Shown here one piece after another: positions 10,045-19,844 of a DNA stretch of 64,000 bases (position 1 is the first letter of the stretch; each line of letters begins with the position of its first letter). A program made the position numbers and the translations under genes. The DNA is taken from positions 192,001-256,000 of the forward strand of contig CAVRQT010000002.1 of NCBI GenBank assembly GCA_963723515.1, in the 5' to 3' direction. The stretch comes from Vulcanimicrobiota bacterium. Lineage in GTDB: Bacteria; Vulcanimicrobiota; Vulcanimicrobiia; Vulcanimicrobiales; Vulcanimicrobiaceae. The notes beneath the pieces were generated by a model. The model saw only the letters and a list, made by a program, of their open reading frames with translations. It did no database searches and had not been told where the DNA came from.

Positions 10045-10360
10045 CTGCTCACCGTCATCTTCTTTAGAGACAGCCGCCAACGGCTGTTTTCTGTTTCCGC
10101 CGAAGGGCATGCGGGTTGGGATCAAGAGGGTCAAGATGTCGTCTGCGCGGCCGTTTCCGCGATTCTGCAGGCTGCACGGCTGGGGCTCGAACAGCATGCT
10201 CGCGCCAATCTGCGTGCCGAGCAAAGCAAAGGAACGTTTTCGCTAAGCGTGCCTGCCGAAAAACGGGATGACCCCGCCGTCGCGGCGATCATCGACACCG
10301 CACGCCTTGCGATCGAGCGAATATCCAAGGACTATTCCGATCACGTTCGCTACGATATAA
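10045..10360 (+). CDS. prp: Ribosomal-processing cysteine protease Prp (YsxB); probable CTG start, 3' end approximate
   Basis: Upstream in-frame translation of ORF 10249 gives SAEGHAGWDQEGQDVVCAAVSAILQAA (GHA...CAAVS motif); lies directly after rplU. Confidence 0.85.
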
Positions 10361-10425
10361 GGCCGCTTGACGCGAAACCCGCCGCCGCAAGGTGGGTAAG
10401 TACTGACGACGACAGAGGAGCAACC

Positions 10426-10698
10426 ATGACCGATACTTTCAAACCCACACCGGCCGATACGTACGCCGGCTCGACCTACAATAGTGCGGCGGAGAATAAC
10501 ACGAGCTACGAACCGACCGACGATACTCCGGATGTCGGCAAGGCGCTGCTGATCGGCGTTTTGGGCGGTATCCTCTCAGCAGCCGGTTATCTTGTGTATC
10601 AACGCTTGCCGGAAGAGCACAAACAGCGGCTGCAGTCGCAAGCGAAGACGGCGTTGCAACAACGCCTCAACGACATTCGCAGCAACTTCAACATCTAA
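10426..10698 (+). CDS. Small single-TM protein (YtxH-like organisation)
   Basis: Own RBS (AGAGGAG) and ATG at 10426; TM segment ALLIGVLGGILSAAGYLVY followed by a helical tail. Confidence 0.65.
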   Translation: MTDTFKPTPADTYAGSTYNSAAENNTSYEPTDDTPDVGKALLIGVLGGILSAAGYLVYQRLPEEHKQRLQSQAKTALQQRLNDIRSNFNI

Positions 10699-10928
10699 GG
10701 CACGTTTGGGGGCCGGTGCTCCGGCGCATTGGCCGGCGCATTGGCCTGCGGCGCGGCCGGTTCGTAGTCGTCCGCTGCGCGCTCCATTTCTCGGATAAAA
10801 CTCTGCGAGGTGTTCTGCACGTCGCGCATGACGTGGCCCGCTTTGCGCATGATGCCGGGAAGGCGCTCGGGCCCAAAGAGCAGCAGTGCGCCGACGCCCA
10901 AGATCGCGATTTCCGTCACCGAAAGCAT
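10695..10928 (-). CDS. Twin-arginine translocase TatA/TatB-family subunit (TatB-like)
   Basis: MLSVTEIAILGVGALLLFGPERLPGIMR. Confidence 0.85.
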   Translation of the reverse strand: MLSVTEIAILGVGALLLFGPERLPGIMRKAGHVMRDVQNTSQSFIREMERAADDYEPAAPQANAPANAPEHRPPNVP

Positions 10929-11026
10929 AAAGCGCCCTCTCGTTCGGCAGGGCTCTCCTGCGGACCCGTGCAAGGACCGATGTCCGCCGACTCCCGGTTC
11001 ACTTTAGAGCAAAGGCTGACTTCCTT

Positions 11027-11497
11027 TTGAAGATCATCTACACGCGGGGCAACCGAACCGAGACCCTCGCCTCTCTGGCAACGCTGCGCAAGATTCTGCA
11101 CAGATTCGTGGCGCATCGGGTCTTCTATGAAGTGTCGAGCCGCAACAAACGCGGCCATGAGTTCTTCTCCGCCAAGAACATCTTCGTCTGTGGATCGATC
11201 GAGATCACGAACCGCGATTATCTTACGATCACGGTTTTTGACGCTAACAACCCAACGCATTCGATTGAAATTTTGAACCCTGCAATGATGCGCATCTATG
11301 AAGAAACGCCCGGACAGGGATTCGCTGTCTCGTTCATCAGCGAGAGCGATACGGGAGTTGAATCGCGCTGTTATCTGCGGGATGAAGGCGACGACGGCGA
11401 AAGTGCTACGAAGCGAACCGCGCTCGAGCACATCACGCTACCGCAGCTTTTCGAATACCTCGAGGAAATCACAACCACAGAAACCTCGAAGCGCTAG
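11027..11497 (+). CDS. Hypothetical protein
   Basis: 156-aa ORF with globular composition and host-like codon usage. Confidence 0.7.
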   Translation: MKIIYTRGNRTETLASLATLRKILHRFVAHRVFYEVSSRNKRGHEFFSAKNIFVCGSIEITNRDYLTITVFDANNPTHSIEILNPAMMRIYEETPGQGFAVSFISESDTGVESRCYLRDEGDDGESATKRTALEHITLPQLFEYLEEITTTETSKR

Positions 11498-11979
11498 ATC
11501 GTCCAGCGTTTCGCCCGCCCTTCTGAGCGGCGGCCAAGGCGGTCGGCGCGCCGAAATTCTCGCACCGCATCCGCGTGGCGTCCGAGCTTCTTGTAAGCAA
11601 CACCCAAATTGAAATGTGCGACGCGATAGGCATCGTCGCTGCGCACCGCGGCTTCGTATTGCACGACCGCGGCTTCGATTTGACCGCCTTCCAGCAACAG
11701 GTTGCCGACGTTGACGAGCGCCGGCGCAAAGCCGGGACGAAGCTCTAGAGCTGCGCGAAAGTCGCTCAAGGCGTCCGCGTGTCGTTCTTGATGTACGCGC
11801 GCGACCCCGCGCTTGTTGAAGATGCTCGCGCGATGGCTTGCATCTTCAGAAGAAAGCAACGCCGTTAGCTCAGCTTCGGCCTTTGCATAATCTCCCGTCT
11901 CGATCAATCTCGTTGCGCGTGCGAACGGCGAGGGCGGACGAACGCCAAAAAATGCCGCGACTTTGTTCAGGTTGAACAC
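11494..11979 (-). CDS. Tetratricopeptide repeat protein
   Basis: Three TPR-like units (FNKRGVA, LVNVGNL, HFNLGVA). Confidence 0.85.
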   Translation of the reverse strand: MFNLNKVAAFFGVRPPSPFARATRLIETGDYAKAEAELTALLSSEDASHRASIFNKRGVARVHQERHADALSDFRAALELRPGFAPALVNVGNLLLEGGQIEAAVVQYEAAVRSDDAYRVAHFNLGVAYKKLGRHADAVREFRRADRLGRRSEGRAKRWTI

Positions 11980-11986
11980 ACGGGTA

Positions 11987-12667
11987 ATGTTTGCGGTCGA
12001 TATCGTGACGCTCTTTCCGGAGGTCTTCGCGCCGTTTGTCGGGTTATCAATTGTCGGGCGCGCGATCGAACGGCAGCTGATCGATGTGCGCTACCACCAC
12101 ATCCTCGAGGCGCTGGAACCAGGCGAGCGCGCCGACGAGCGCCCGTACGGCGGCGGCCCCGGGATGGTGATGCGAATTGAACCGCTCGCTCGGATTCTAG
12201 ACGGGATTATCGCTGCGGCGCCCGCGGCTCGAACGCCGTGCAATCGTCGTTCCTTCGCCGGCCGGAAAGCGATTCGAACAAGCGGACGTGGCGCGCCTTA
12301 GCCGGCTCGATCGTCTCGTGCATTGTTTGTGGCCACTATGAAGGCATCGATGAGCGCCTCGGCTCCCTCTATCCGATCGAAGAGTTTTCATTGGGAGACT
12401 TCGTCATGACCGGCGGCGAGATTGCCGCCCTCGCGATGCTCGATGCAACCGTCCGGCTCATCGACGGTGCACTGCCTGAGGAATCCGTGCGAGATGAGTC
12501 CTTTGTGGACACCTTGCTCGACCATCCAGCCTACACCCGTCCGCCCACATTCCGCGGCGTAGATGTTCCGGAGGTGTTGCTTTCAGGGCGACCACGCGAA
12601 GATCGCCGAATGGCGACGAGAAGCCTCGCGGGCTCGCACTCGCGCCCGGCGTCCCGATCTGCGATAA
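11987..12667 (+). CDS. trmD: tRNA (guanine-N1)-methyltransferase (apparent frameshifts)
   Basis: [54 protein letters not shown]. Confidence 0.95.
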
Positions 12668-12693
12668 GCCAAGCGTGCCGGCTTCCAGCACGC

Positions 12694-12776
12694 TTGCCCC
12701 GCCGCTCGCCGAATGGTATCATCCGAGAGTTGTCCGCCAGCCGGCCAATTTTTTTTACGGATTTAAAGAGCAGAAC
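12694..12776 (+). promoter_or_regulatory. rplS promoter and possible L19 leader
   Basis: TTGCCC-N17-TATCAT (12694-12722); the leader GTTGTCCGC...AAGAGCAGAAC resembles, from recall, Firmicutes L19 leaders. Confidence 0.45.
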
Positions 12777-13127
12777 ATGAACGTCATCGACATCCTAAAC
12801 CGCGAGCAATGTAAGCCCTCGATTCCGGATTTTCGCTCCGGCGATTCGGTAAAGGTGTACTCAAAGGTCACCGAAGGCGGCAAGGAGCGCACCCAGATGT
12901 TCGAAGGCGTCGTGATCGTTCGCAAGGGCGGCGGCACGAACGAGTCGATCAAGGTGCGCCGCGTCGCGCATGGCGTCGGCGTCGAGAAGACGTTCTTGAT
13001 CCACAGCCCTCGCGTTGAGCGAATAGAGGTAACCAAACGCGGCGTTGTGCGGCGCAGCCGGCTCTACTACCTCAGTCAGAAAGTCGGTAAAGCCGCGCGG
13101 ATTCAAGAGAAGAAAGTCCTCCGTTAG
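12777..13127 (+). CDS. rplS: 50S ribosomal protein L19
   Basis: [42 protein letters not shown]. Confidence 0.97.
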   Translation: MNVIDILNREQCKPSIPDFRSGDSVKVYSKVTEGGKERTQMFEGVVIVRKGGGTNESIKVRRVAHGVGVEKTFLIHSPRVERIEVTKRGVVRRSRLYYLSQKVGKAARIQEKKVLR

Positions 13128-13134
13128 TATCGCC

Positions 13135-13868
13135 CTGACACCCCTTCAGCTGCTTGGGCTGATTTGCGTCTTTGCGGTCGCCCGCCTCGCTACTTTCCGT
13201 CCGCCCGCTCACTGTCGCCGCAAAGCAACGCGGCTCGGCCGTCGCCGTTGTGCGCGAGTATTTGGATGCGTTCATCGTCGCGGGACTTGTCGCGCTCTTC
13301 CTGATCACGTTCGTCGTTCGCACGTTCTACATTCCGTCGGCTTCGATGGAGCCGACGCTGCAAGATTCACGATGTCTTGCTCGTCAACGAGTTCGAATAT
13401 CGCTTCGTGCAGCCGAACCATGGCGACATCGTCGTCTTTCCGCCCCCGATCCCATCGCAAAGCGATTTCATTAAGCGCCTGATCGGCACGCCCGGCGATC
13501 GTCTAGCGATTCGCCATGGTATTGTCTACCGGAACGGCGTTGCGCTAAAAGAGCCGTACGAGTCCGAGCGACCCGACTACGATCTGGACGTAAAGAACTA
13601 CTCGATCTACGTCAATGGAACTGCGCTTGATTCGCTCTCGGCAAATATTCCGCCACGCTCTGAGTGGCAGGCGCCGGATAGAATTCCGAACGGCTTCTAC
13701 TTCATGATGGGCGACAATCGCAACAACTCAGACGATTCGCACGAATGGGGTTTTGCGCAGCTGCGCGGCGATTTTGCCGCCGGCCCGAATAAAGGTCATA
13801 AAGCGGGATTTACCGGCCGGGCTTTCTTGTTGTTCTGGCCCCCAAACCGCATTCGAATTCTGCACTAA
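13135..13868 (+). CDS. lepB: Signal peptidase I, copy 1 (apparent frameshifts; probable CTG start)
   Basis: FYIPSASMEPTL (Ser), DFIKRLIGTPGD (Lys), MGDNRNNSDDSH. Confidence 0.9.
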
Positions 13869-13873
13869 GAATT

Positions 13874-13946
13874 GCGAATTACACTTCGCGTAATTCGCTG
13901 GCGCTGCGTCCGCCGCCCCCGCCCAAACTATCGCGGGCGGGACCCC
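13874..13946 (+). repeat. Tri-hairpin intergenic element, copy A (middle hairpin reduced)
   Basis: GCGAATTAC-acttcgc-GTAATTCGC, tggcgct linker, CCCGCCC-aaactatcgc-GGGCGGG. Confidence 0.85.
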
Positions 13947-13968
13947 AAAACCGCTTTAGCCGACACAA

Positions 13969-14511
13969 GTGTATCGACAACAGGACGCGAACAAAGTCGC
14001 GTGCCCCGGCAACTGCAGTGGCGGTCGGTCGCAAGCATCTCGCTGCAAATCGTCGCCCTTGGAGTCCTCGCACTTGCGTTCTTTATGCGTGCGCCGCAGG
14101 TCGCCGGTCTATCGATGGAACCGCACGTCATTTCGGGCGAATACGTGCTGATCAACACGATCGCATATCGTATCGGTCATCCTTCGCCGCGGCGACATCG
14201 TCGCGTTCCGGCATGAACGATCCGCGCCTTCGGTCTATCTCAAGCGTGTGATCGGACTACCGGGCGATCGTGTCTCGATCGTTCGAGGCGCAGTTTTCGT
14301 CAATGGCATTCGTTTGCGAGAAGGGTACGTGCGATTCGCTGACCACCGCAGTTTCAAGAGCGTCGTCGTGCCGCCTACAACGCTCTACGTGCTGGGCGAC
14401 AATCGTGCGAACAGCGATGATTCGCGTTTTTGGGGCTTCGTCGATCAGGATCAAGTTATCGGTAAGGCGATTGCCGGGATCTGGCCGCCAGCCCAACTTG
14501 GCGCGCTATGA
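13969..14511 (+). CDS. lepB: Signal peptidase I, copy 2 (apparent frameshift; start approximate)
   Basis: VAGLSMEP, YLKRVIGLPGD, LGDNRANSDDSRFWG. Confidence 0.88.
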
Positions 14512-15320
14512 GCGCGCAGCTCGACCGCCAGATTCAATGGTATCCCGGGCACATGGCCGCCGCGATGCGACGGGTCGATCGGCTCATCGGCCTGATCGAC
14601 ATCATCATCGAGGTTGTCGACGCACGCGTACCGCACAGTGGAATGAGCCCGATGCTCTCCAAGCTCGGCGGACGCCGTCCGCGGCTGATCGTGCTGACCC
14701 GCGAAGACCTTGCGGAGCCGCAAAGCACCGTGAAATGGCTGATGTACTTTGAACGATCGGGACAATCCGCAATTGCCGTCGACACCAAAGAGCGCAAAAG
14801 CGCCAAGCGCATCACGGCGGAACTTCACCGCCTGGCGCTACAAAGGAAAGGCGCACAGCATCGCGCTATCGTCGTCGGCGTGCCCAACTCGGGAAAATCA
14901 ACCGTGATCAACGCGCTGTGCGGGCGAGCCGTCGCGGCAACAGAAAATCGGCCGGGGCGGACGCGGGGCGTTCAGTGGTTTCGCCTCGAACCGTCGCTCG
15001 AGCTCATGGACACGCCTGGTATCCTCGCCCCGAAAATCGAATCGCCACAGTCGCAGTGGATGCTTGCAATAACCGGCGCGATTCCGGCACAACGCTACGA
15101 TCCTGAAGAGGTCGTCGCTCACTTCAGCGCATGGCTGCGCCGGCATCTGCCAAACGCGGAGGATATTCCGGACTTGATTGAGTTTGCGCGCCGGCGCGGA
15201 ATGACGACGCGAAACGGCAGCCTGCATAACGCAGCGCGGTCATACATCAAGGCTTTCAACGACGGCACATTCGGACGCATTTCTTTCGAGCATCCGCCGA
15301 ATGAACGAAAAGCGGCGTAA
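14508..15320 (+). CDS. rbgA: Ribosome biogenesis GTPase RbgA/YlqF
   Basis: IQWYPGHM, EVVDARVP, GVPNSGKS, DTPGIL. Confidence 0.95.
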   Translation: MSAQLDRQIQWYPGHMAAAMRRVDRLIGLIDIIIEVVDARVPHSGMSPMLSKLGGRRPRLIVLTREDLAEPQSTVKWLMYFERSGQSAIAVDTKERKSAKRITAELHRLALQRKGAQHRAIVVGVPNSGKSTVINALCGRAVAATENRPGRTRGVQWFRLEPSLELMDTPGILAPKIESPQSQWMLAITGAIPAQRYDPEEVVAHFSAWLRRHLPNAEDIPDLIEFARRRGMTTRNGSLHNAARSYIKAFNDGTFGRISFEHPPNERKAA

Positions 15321-16002
15321 GGCTCGCAACGCTTACGAACGCGAGCGGCGGCGACTGCATCGCCTGCACCGCTACGAGAAGCGCGCGCAGGGGCGTGGTT
15401 TCGTTCTGGTCGGGGGAATCGATGAGGTCGGCCGTGGGCCGCTCGCCGGCCCGGTAGTCGCGGCATGCGTCGTCGCCGACGGACCGCTCATGCTCAAAGG
15501 GCTCAACGATTCCAAACAAGTGCGTCGCGAACTGCGGTTGGAGTTGGACGCGATCATCAAGCAGCGTTGCGCGGCTTGGTCCGTCGGGGTCGCGAGCGTC
15601 GAGGAAATCAATCGAATCAACATCTATTGGGCAAGCATCCTGGCCATGGAACGCGCGCTGGCGTCGCTGTGCGTGCCGCCGCACTACTTGCTTACCGACG
15701 CGGTGCGCATCCGATCGTATTCGGCTTGCCCGCAGCAGCCGGTCGTTAAAGGCGATGCCAAGTGCGCCACCGTGGCGGCGGCTTCTATCGTGGCAAAAGT
15801 TCACCGAGACGCTTTGCTCGTCGAGCTCGACAGCATCGAGCCGCGTTATGGATTTGCCGAACACAAGGGCTACGCCACGCCGACGCACATTGCGGCGCTC
15901 AGGGAACACGGACCCAGCGTCCATCATCGCACTGCCTTTTGGCGCGTGCGTGATGCGCAGTTGCAGCTCGATCTCTCGGCAATTGCGATCGACGAAGAAT
16001 AA
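15301..16002 (+). CDS. rnhB: Ribonuclease HII
   Basis: GIDEVGRGPLAGPVVA, LNDSK, AAASIVAKV, HKGY. Confidence 0.96.
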   Translation: MNEKRRKARNAYERERRRLHRLHRYEKRAQGRGFVLVGGIDEVGRGPLAGPVVAACVVADGPLMLKGLNDSKQVRRELRLELDAIIKQRCAAWSVGVASVEEINRINIYWASILAMERALASLCVPPHYLLTDAVRIRSYSACPQQPVVKGDAKCATVAAASIVAKVHRDALLVELDSIEPRYGFAEHKGYATPTHIAALREHGPSVHHRTAFWRVRDAQLQLDLSAIAIDEE

Positions 16003-16321
16003 AGGAACGTTCGGCGAGGCGCGCGCCGCGGCGTTCTTGCGGAGCTGCGGCTTCTCGATCGTTGCAACGAACGTGCGTCTGCCCGGCGGCGAGATTGACC
16101 TCATCTGCAAGGATGGCGAGCAGATCGTCTTCATTGAGGTCAAATTTCGCACGACAAATGCTTTCGGAAGCGCGATAACGGGCGTCCATCCGCGTAAGCG
16201 CGCAACGCTGCGGCGGTTGGCGGCGGACTATTTGCAATTCTTTGCACCGACTGCGCGCGTTCGCTTTGATATTGTCGCCATCGACGGCGATCGCATCGCG
16301 CTGCACCGCAACGCTTTCTAG
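15983..16321 (+). CDS. yraN: YraN-family (UPF0102) nuclease
   Basis: GTFGEARAAAFL, GEIDLI, VFIEVKFR, RFDIVAI; TTG start assumed. Confidence 0.92.
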   Translation: MRSTKNKGTFGEARAAAFLRSCGFSIVATNVRLPGGEIDLICKDGEQIVFIEVKFRTTNAFGSAITGVHPRKRATLRRLAADYLQFFAPTARVRFDIVAIDGDRIALHRNAF

Positions 16322-16327
16322 CGCCCT

Positions 16328-17977
16328 TTGGCCATCGAAGCGCGCATAGCCGCAAAATCCACCCCGCAACTGCGACGCGCGGTCAAACCGTGGGGTTCGT
16401 TCGCTTGGGGTTACTCGGATGTCGGTGCCGACATCTTCGTTGGGCTGGGATTGGTGCTCGGCGCGGCGGCCGGCGCCTCAAACATCGCCTTTCTCTTTGC
16501 CGGTCTCGTGTATGTCGCCATCGGCCTCGCCTATACGGAGTTAGCGGCAACCTACCCCGTTGCAGGCGGCGGACAATACTTTGTGCTGCGCGGGCTTGGC
16601 GACATCTTCGGCTTCATCGCCGGTTGGGCGGTACTGCTCGACTTCACGATCGACATCACGCTCTTCGCCTGGAGCTGCGTCGATTATCTCAGCCAGCTGA
16701 TTCCGCAGTTGCTCAGCATTCCGCACCCGGTGACGCATTTTGTCGTTGTCCTGATCTTGATTTGCGGACTTTCGTTGCTCAACGTGATCGGCATCCGTGA
16801 AAGCACCGCGTTCAACGGCATCGTGAGCGGACTGGATGTCGTTAGCGAGACCGCGATCCTCTTCTTCGGCTTCTTCTTTGCATTCAATCCGCAACTGCTG
16901 ATCCACACGATGCAAACCTCCTGGCCGACGACGTTTCAGCTGATGAATGGTGTGTCGCTTGCGATCATCTCTTTCGTCGGACTGGAATCGATCTCGCAAG
17001 CGGCCCAAGAGACGCAGCGGCCGGCCTCAGTCATCCCACGCACCTCGATCAGTTTGATCTTGACGATTCTGATCTTCGCGCTCTCATATTCCAACTTAGC
17101 GCTCGGCATGCAGCCATGGAGCGGACATGGCGCACCGCCGTCGCCGATGATGCACGGCCATCTCGTCCCGTTGTGGGCGTATCTCGGCAACAGTGAAAAC
17201 AACGGAAAGGCCGTTGCGGTGCTGGCGTCCTATGTGCCGTTTTACGGCGCGCTGGCAGCGCTGTACGTACCGCTGCTCGGCTCAATCTTGTTGTTGATTT
17301 CCAGCAATTCGGGCGTCTTCGGCAGTTCGCGAATTGCCTACGCAATGAGCACAACGCGGTTGCTTCCATCGTTTTTCCAGCGGGTGCATGGACGCTTCCG
17401 TACGCCGGCCGTTTCGATCATTGCGTTCACGCTTGTTGCAATCGTCGAATTGATCTTTGCCGCGTTGCCGAGTCTCAACGCCCACGCCGCAGTGATCTAC
17501 CGTAGATTCTTTCACGGCGAGGACGGCATCACGTTCTTAGGCGACCTCTATGCATTCGGCGCGGCAACCAGCTATTCGTTCGTCTTCATCGCCTTGATCG
17601 CGCTGCGCCTCTTCGACCCGTTGAGCCCGCGCAAGTTCAAAATCCCGCTCAATATTCCGCTGCGAGTCCGCGGCGAGCGGGTGGAATTCCCGATTGTCGG
17701 GGTCTTGGGCTTCATTGGAATCGGCTCCATTCTCGTTTTCACGATGATTACGCACGAAATCGGGCGGATTGCGGGACCGGCTTGGTTGATTTGCGGGCTG
17801 ATCGGTTACTTGATCTACCGTCATCGTAAGGGTTTGCCGATTTGGCGCTCTCAGCCGCACAACTGGCGGATCGCGCAGCTCGACATCCTGCGCGCATCAG
17901 GCGAACTTGAACTGATGGACGAATACGTCAGCAACTTGCGAGAAAGCGAACGCCGCCGTGATGAGGAGCGCAGGTGA
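16328..17977 (+). CDS. APC-family permease
   Basis: About 12 TM segments; AYTELAATYPVAGGGQY, SFVGLESISQAAQE, VHGRFRTP. Confidence 0.9.
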   Translation: MAIEARIAAKSTPQLRRAVKPWGSFAWGYSDVGADIFVGLGLVLGAAAGASNIAFLFAGLVYVAIGLAYTELAATYPVAGGGQYFVLRGLGDIFGFIAGWAVLLDFTIDITLFAWSCVDYLSQLIPQLLSIPHPVTHFVVVLILICGLSLLNVIGIRESTAFNGIVSGLDVVSETAILFFGFFFAFNPQLLIHTMQTSWPTTFQLMNGVSLAIISFVGLESISQAAQETQRPASVIPRTSISLILTILIFALSYSNLALGMQPWSGHGAPPSPMMHGHLVPLWAYLGNSENNGKAVAVLASYVPFYGALAALYVPLLGSILLLISSNSGVFGSSRIAYAMSTTRLLPSFFQRVHGRFRTPAVSIIAFTLVAIVELIFAALPSLNAHAAVIYRRFFHGEDGITFLGDLYAFGAATSYSFVFIALIALRLFDPLSPRKFKIPLNIPLRVRGERVEFPIVGVLGFIGIGSILVFTMITHEIGRIAGPAWLICGLIGYLIYRHRKGLPIWRSQPHNWRIAQLDILRASGELELMDEYVSNLRESERRRDEERR

Positions 17978-18165
17978 ATCAAGCCCGCGTCGGCTTTTCT
18001 CTTATCTACATCGCGCTTGGAATTGCAATCATCGTTCGGCTTCTGCACTACGGGCTGCATCGTGAGCTCTTCGGCGGTATCGTGCTCGGTTTGGTGATGA
18101 TCGCCTTTGGCGTTTACCGCGTTCTCTTCTTCATGAGAGCGCGTAAGATGGGCGTGCGACCGTGA
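17974..18165 (+). CDS. Small two-TM membrane protein
   Basis: GTGA overlaps with both neighbouring genes; two hydrophobic helices. Confidence 0.7.
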   Translation: MNQARVGFSLIYIALGIAIIVRLLHYGLHRELFGGIVLGLVMIAFGVYRVLFFMRARKMGVRP

Positions 18166-18782
18166 CAGCACAAATCCATGTAACGGTTGCGGGCATGCTG
18201 AGCGCGTTGCTGATCGCGGCGGCAATTGGCGCGACGCTGTGGTGGATGATGCATCCGGCTCCGTCGTACGTGCAACGATTGGCACAACGCGCGGAACACG
18301 AGCTCGAACACCTGGTCGGCAGTTTGATCATCGTCTTCTCACCGGAGATCGACTCGGCGCATATGATGGCACTGGCGGCGAAGCTCGCGCGCGGCGAAAA
18401 ATCGCATCTTCTGGCGCTCTATGTGATAGAAGTTCCCTTAACGTTGCCGCCCAATGCCGCGATGCCGCATGAGGAGCGCACCGCGATGGACGCGCTTGCA
18501 GCGGCCGAGACGATTGCGAATAAGTACGGCGTCAACTTGCGCACCGAAACCGTTCATACCAGGCAGACCAGTCAAGCTGTGCTTGATATCGCGCGGCAAG
18601 AGCAAGCGCATCTGATCATCTTAGGTTCCTATCGCGAGGGCAAGTACACTGGCGCGCCGCTTGGCCGGACGATCGAGACGATTGCGGCCTACGCGAAGTG
18701 CGACGTTCTGATCGGCGTCGAAGGAAAGCACGGCACGCTGCTGGTGGACGAACAGCAGCCGATGGAAACGGTTCAGCCTTAG
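18162..18782 (+). CDS. Membrane-anchored universal stress protein
   Basis: N-terminal TM segment; LALYVIEVP, AHLIILGS, LGRTIETIAAYAKCDVLI (USP fold). Confidence 0.88.
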   Translation: MTAQIHVTVAGMLSALLIAAAIGATLWWMMHPAPSYVQRLAQRAEHELEHLVGSLIIVFSPEIDSAHMMALAAKLARGEKSHLLALYVIEVPLTLPPNAAMPHEERTAMDALAAAETIANKYGVNLRTETVHTRQTSQAVLDIARQEQAHLIILGSYREGKYTGAPLGRTIETIAAYAKCDVLIGVEGKHGTLLVDEQQPMETVQP

Positions 18783-18797
18783 GAAAGGCGATGACAC

Positions 18798-19844
18798 TTA
18801 CGTTTTCGCTAAATAGCGTTTGCGCAGCTCGTCGAGCACGACCGCCAGCAGAATAACGGCGCCGAGGACGATCTTCTGCGTGTACGACTCGATGCCGAGT
18901 AAGTTCATCACGTTGTAAAGAACGCCGATCAACAGCGCGCCGAAGAACGTCCCGATGATGCTGCCGCGGCCTCCCATCAGGCTGGTGCCGCCGACGACAA
19001 CCGCCGCAATCGATTCAAGCAGCTCGTCGCCGGTCGCGGTATTCGGCGAGCCTGATGCGAAGTTCGCCATCAGCAAGAAACCTGCGATCGCAGCGCACGT
19101 CCCGCTGATAACGTACACAAGCGCCTTGACGCGCGCAACCGGAACGCCGGCTAACCGCGCGGCTTCCTCATTACCACCGATCGCGAAAACGTATCTGCCG
19201 AACCGCGTACGCGTCAGCAGTACCGACGCAACGATGGCAATTACGAGCATCCAAATGACAACAACCGGGATCTTCGACCCCAAAAACAAGCCGTAACCGA
19301 TATGTGAAAAATCACCGGTTTGCAATGCGACCGGGCGACCGTGACAGAGTTTGTACGAAAGGCCGACCGCCATCAGCATCATCGCGAGCGTCGTAATGAA
19401 CGGCGGCAAATTCAAGCGAACGACGGGGATCGCGTTGATGAATCCGGCGCCTGCGCCGACGGCGATGCCGAAGATCAGCGTGGCAACGATCAGCGCAAAA
19501 CCGTGGAAGGGCAGCGCGTTGGCAAAGAGCGCCATCGCGACGCCGGTCAATGAAACGAGCGATCCGACCGAAAGATCGATTCCCGCGGTAATGATGACGA
19601 AGGTTTGACCGAAGGCCAAGATCGCTTCATACGTGATCTGGCGCAAGACGCGGATCAGGTTGCTCGGTTCCAAGAACGAACCGCCGGCGGCCCAGTTTAC
19701 GAGCACGACGATGATTAACAAGCCGATCGACGCAAGAACGATCCGCAACCAATACATCCGCGTCTGTCGAACGCGCGCGTGTTCGGCGGCTTCGGTGAGG
19801 ACCGTCTTGACTTCGGTCTCACGCTGAGCTTGTCGAAGAGCCAT
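18798..19844 (-). CDS. rbsC: Monosaccharide (ribose-type) ABC transporter permease
   Basis: VIITAGIDLSVGS, AIGGNEEAARLAGV, IAAVVVGGTSLMGG. Confidence 0.9.
   Translation of the reverse strand: MALRQAQRETEVKTVLTEAAEHARVRQTRMYWLRIVLASIGLLIIVVLVNWAAGGSFLEPSNLIRVLRQITYEAILAFGQTFVIITAGIDLSVGSLVSLTGVAMALFANALPFHGFALIVATLIFGIAVGAGAGFINAIPVVRLNLPPFITTLAMMLMAVGLSYKLCHGRPVALQTGDFSHIGYGLFLGSKIPVVVIWMLVIAIVASVLLTRTRFGRYVFAIGGNEEAARLAGVPVARVKALVYVISGTCAAIAGFLLMANFASGSPNTATGDELLESIAAVVVGGTSLMGGRGSIIGTFFGALLIGVLYNVMNLLGIESYTQKIVLGAVILLAVVLDELRKRYLAKT
19819..19840 (+). repeat. REP-like family 2 copy inside the rbsC 5' end
   Basis: TCACGCTGAGCTTGTCGAAG matches TCACCCTGAGCTTGTCGAAG at 48471. Confidence 0.75.

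Noticed and set aside
10249..10698. Single 149-aa ORF, or Prp fused to a membrane anchor
   Set aside because: The second half has its own RBS and ATG at 10426, and Prp homology ends near 10360; the read-through is probably an indel.
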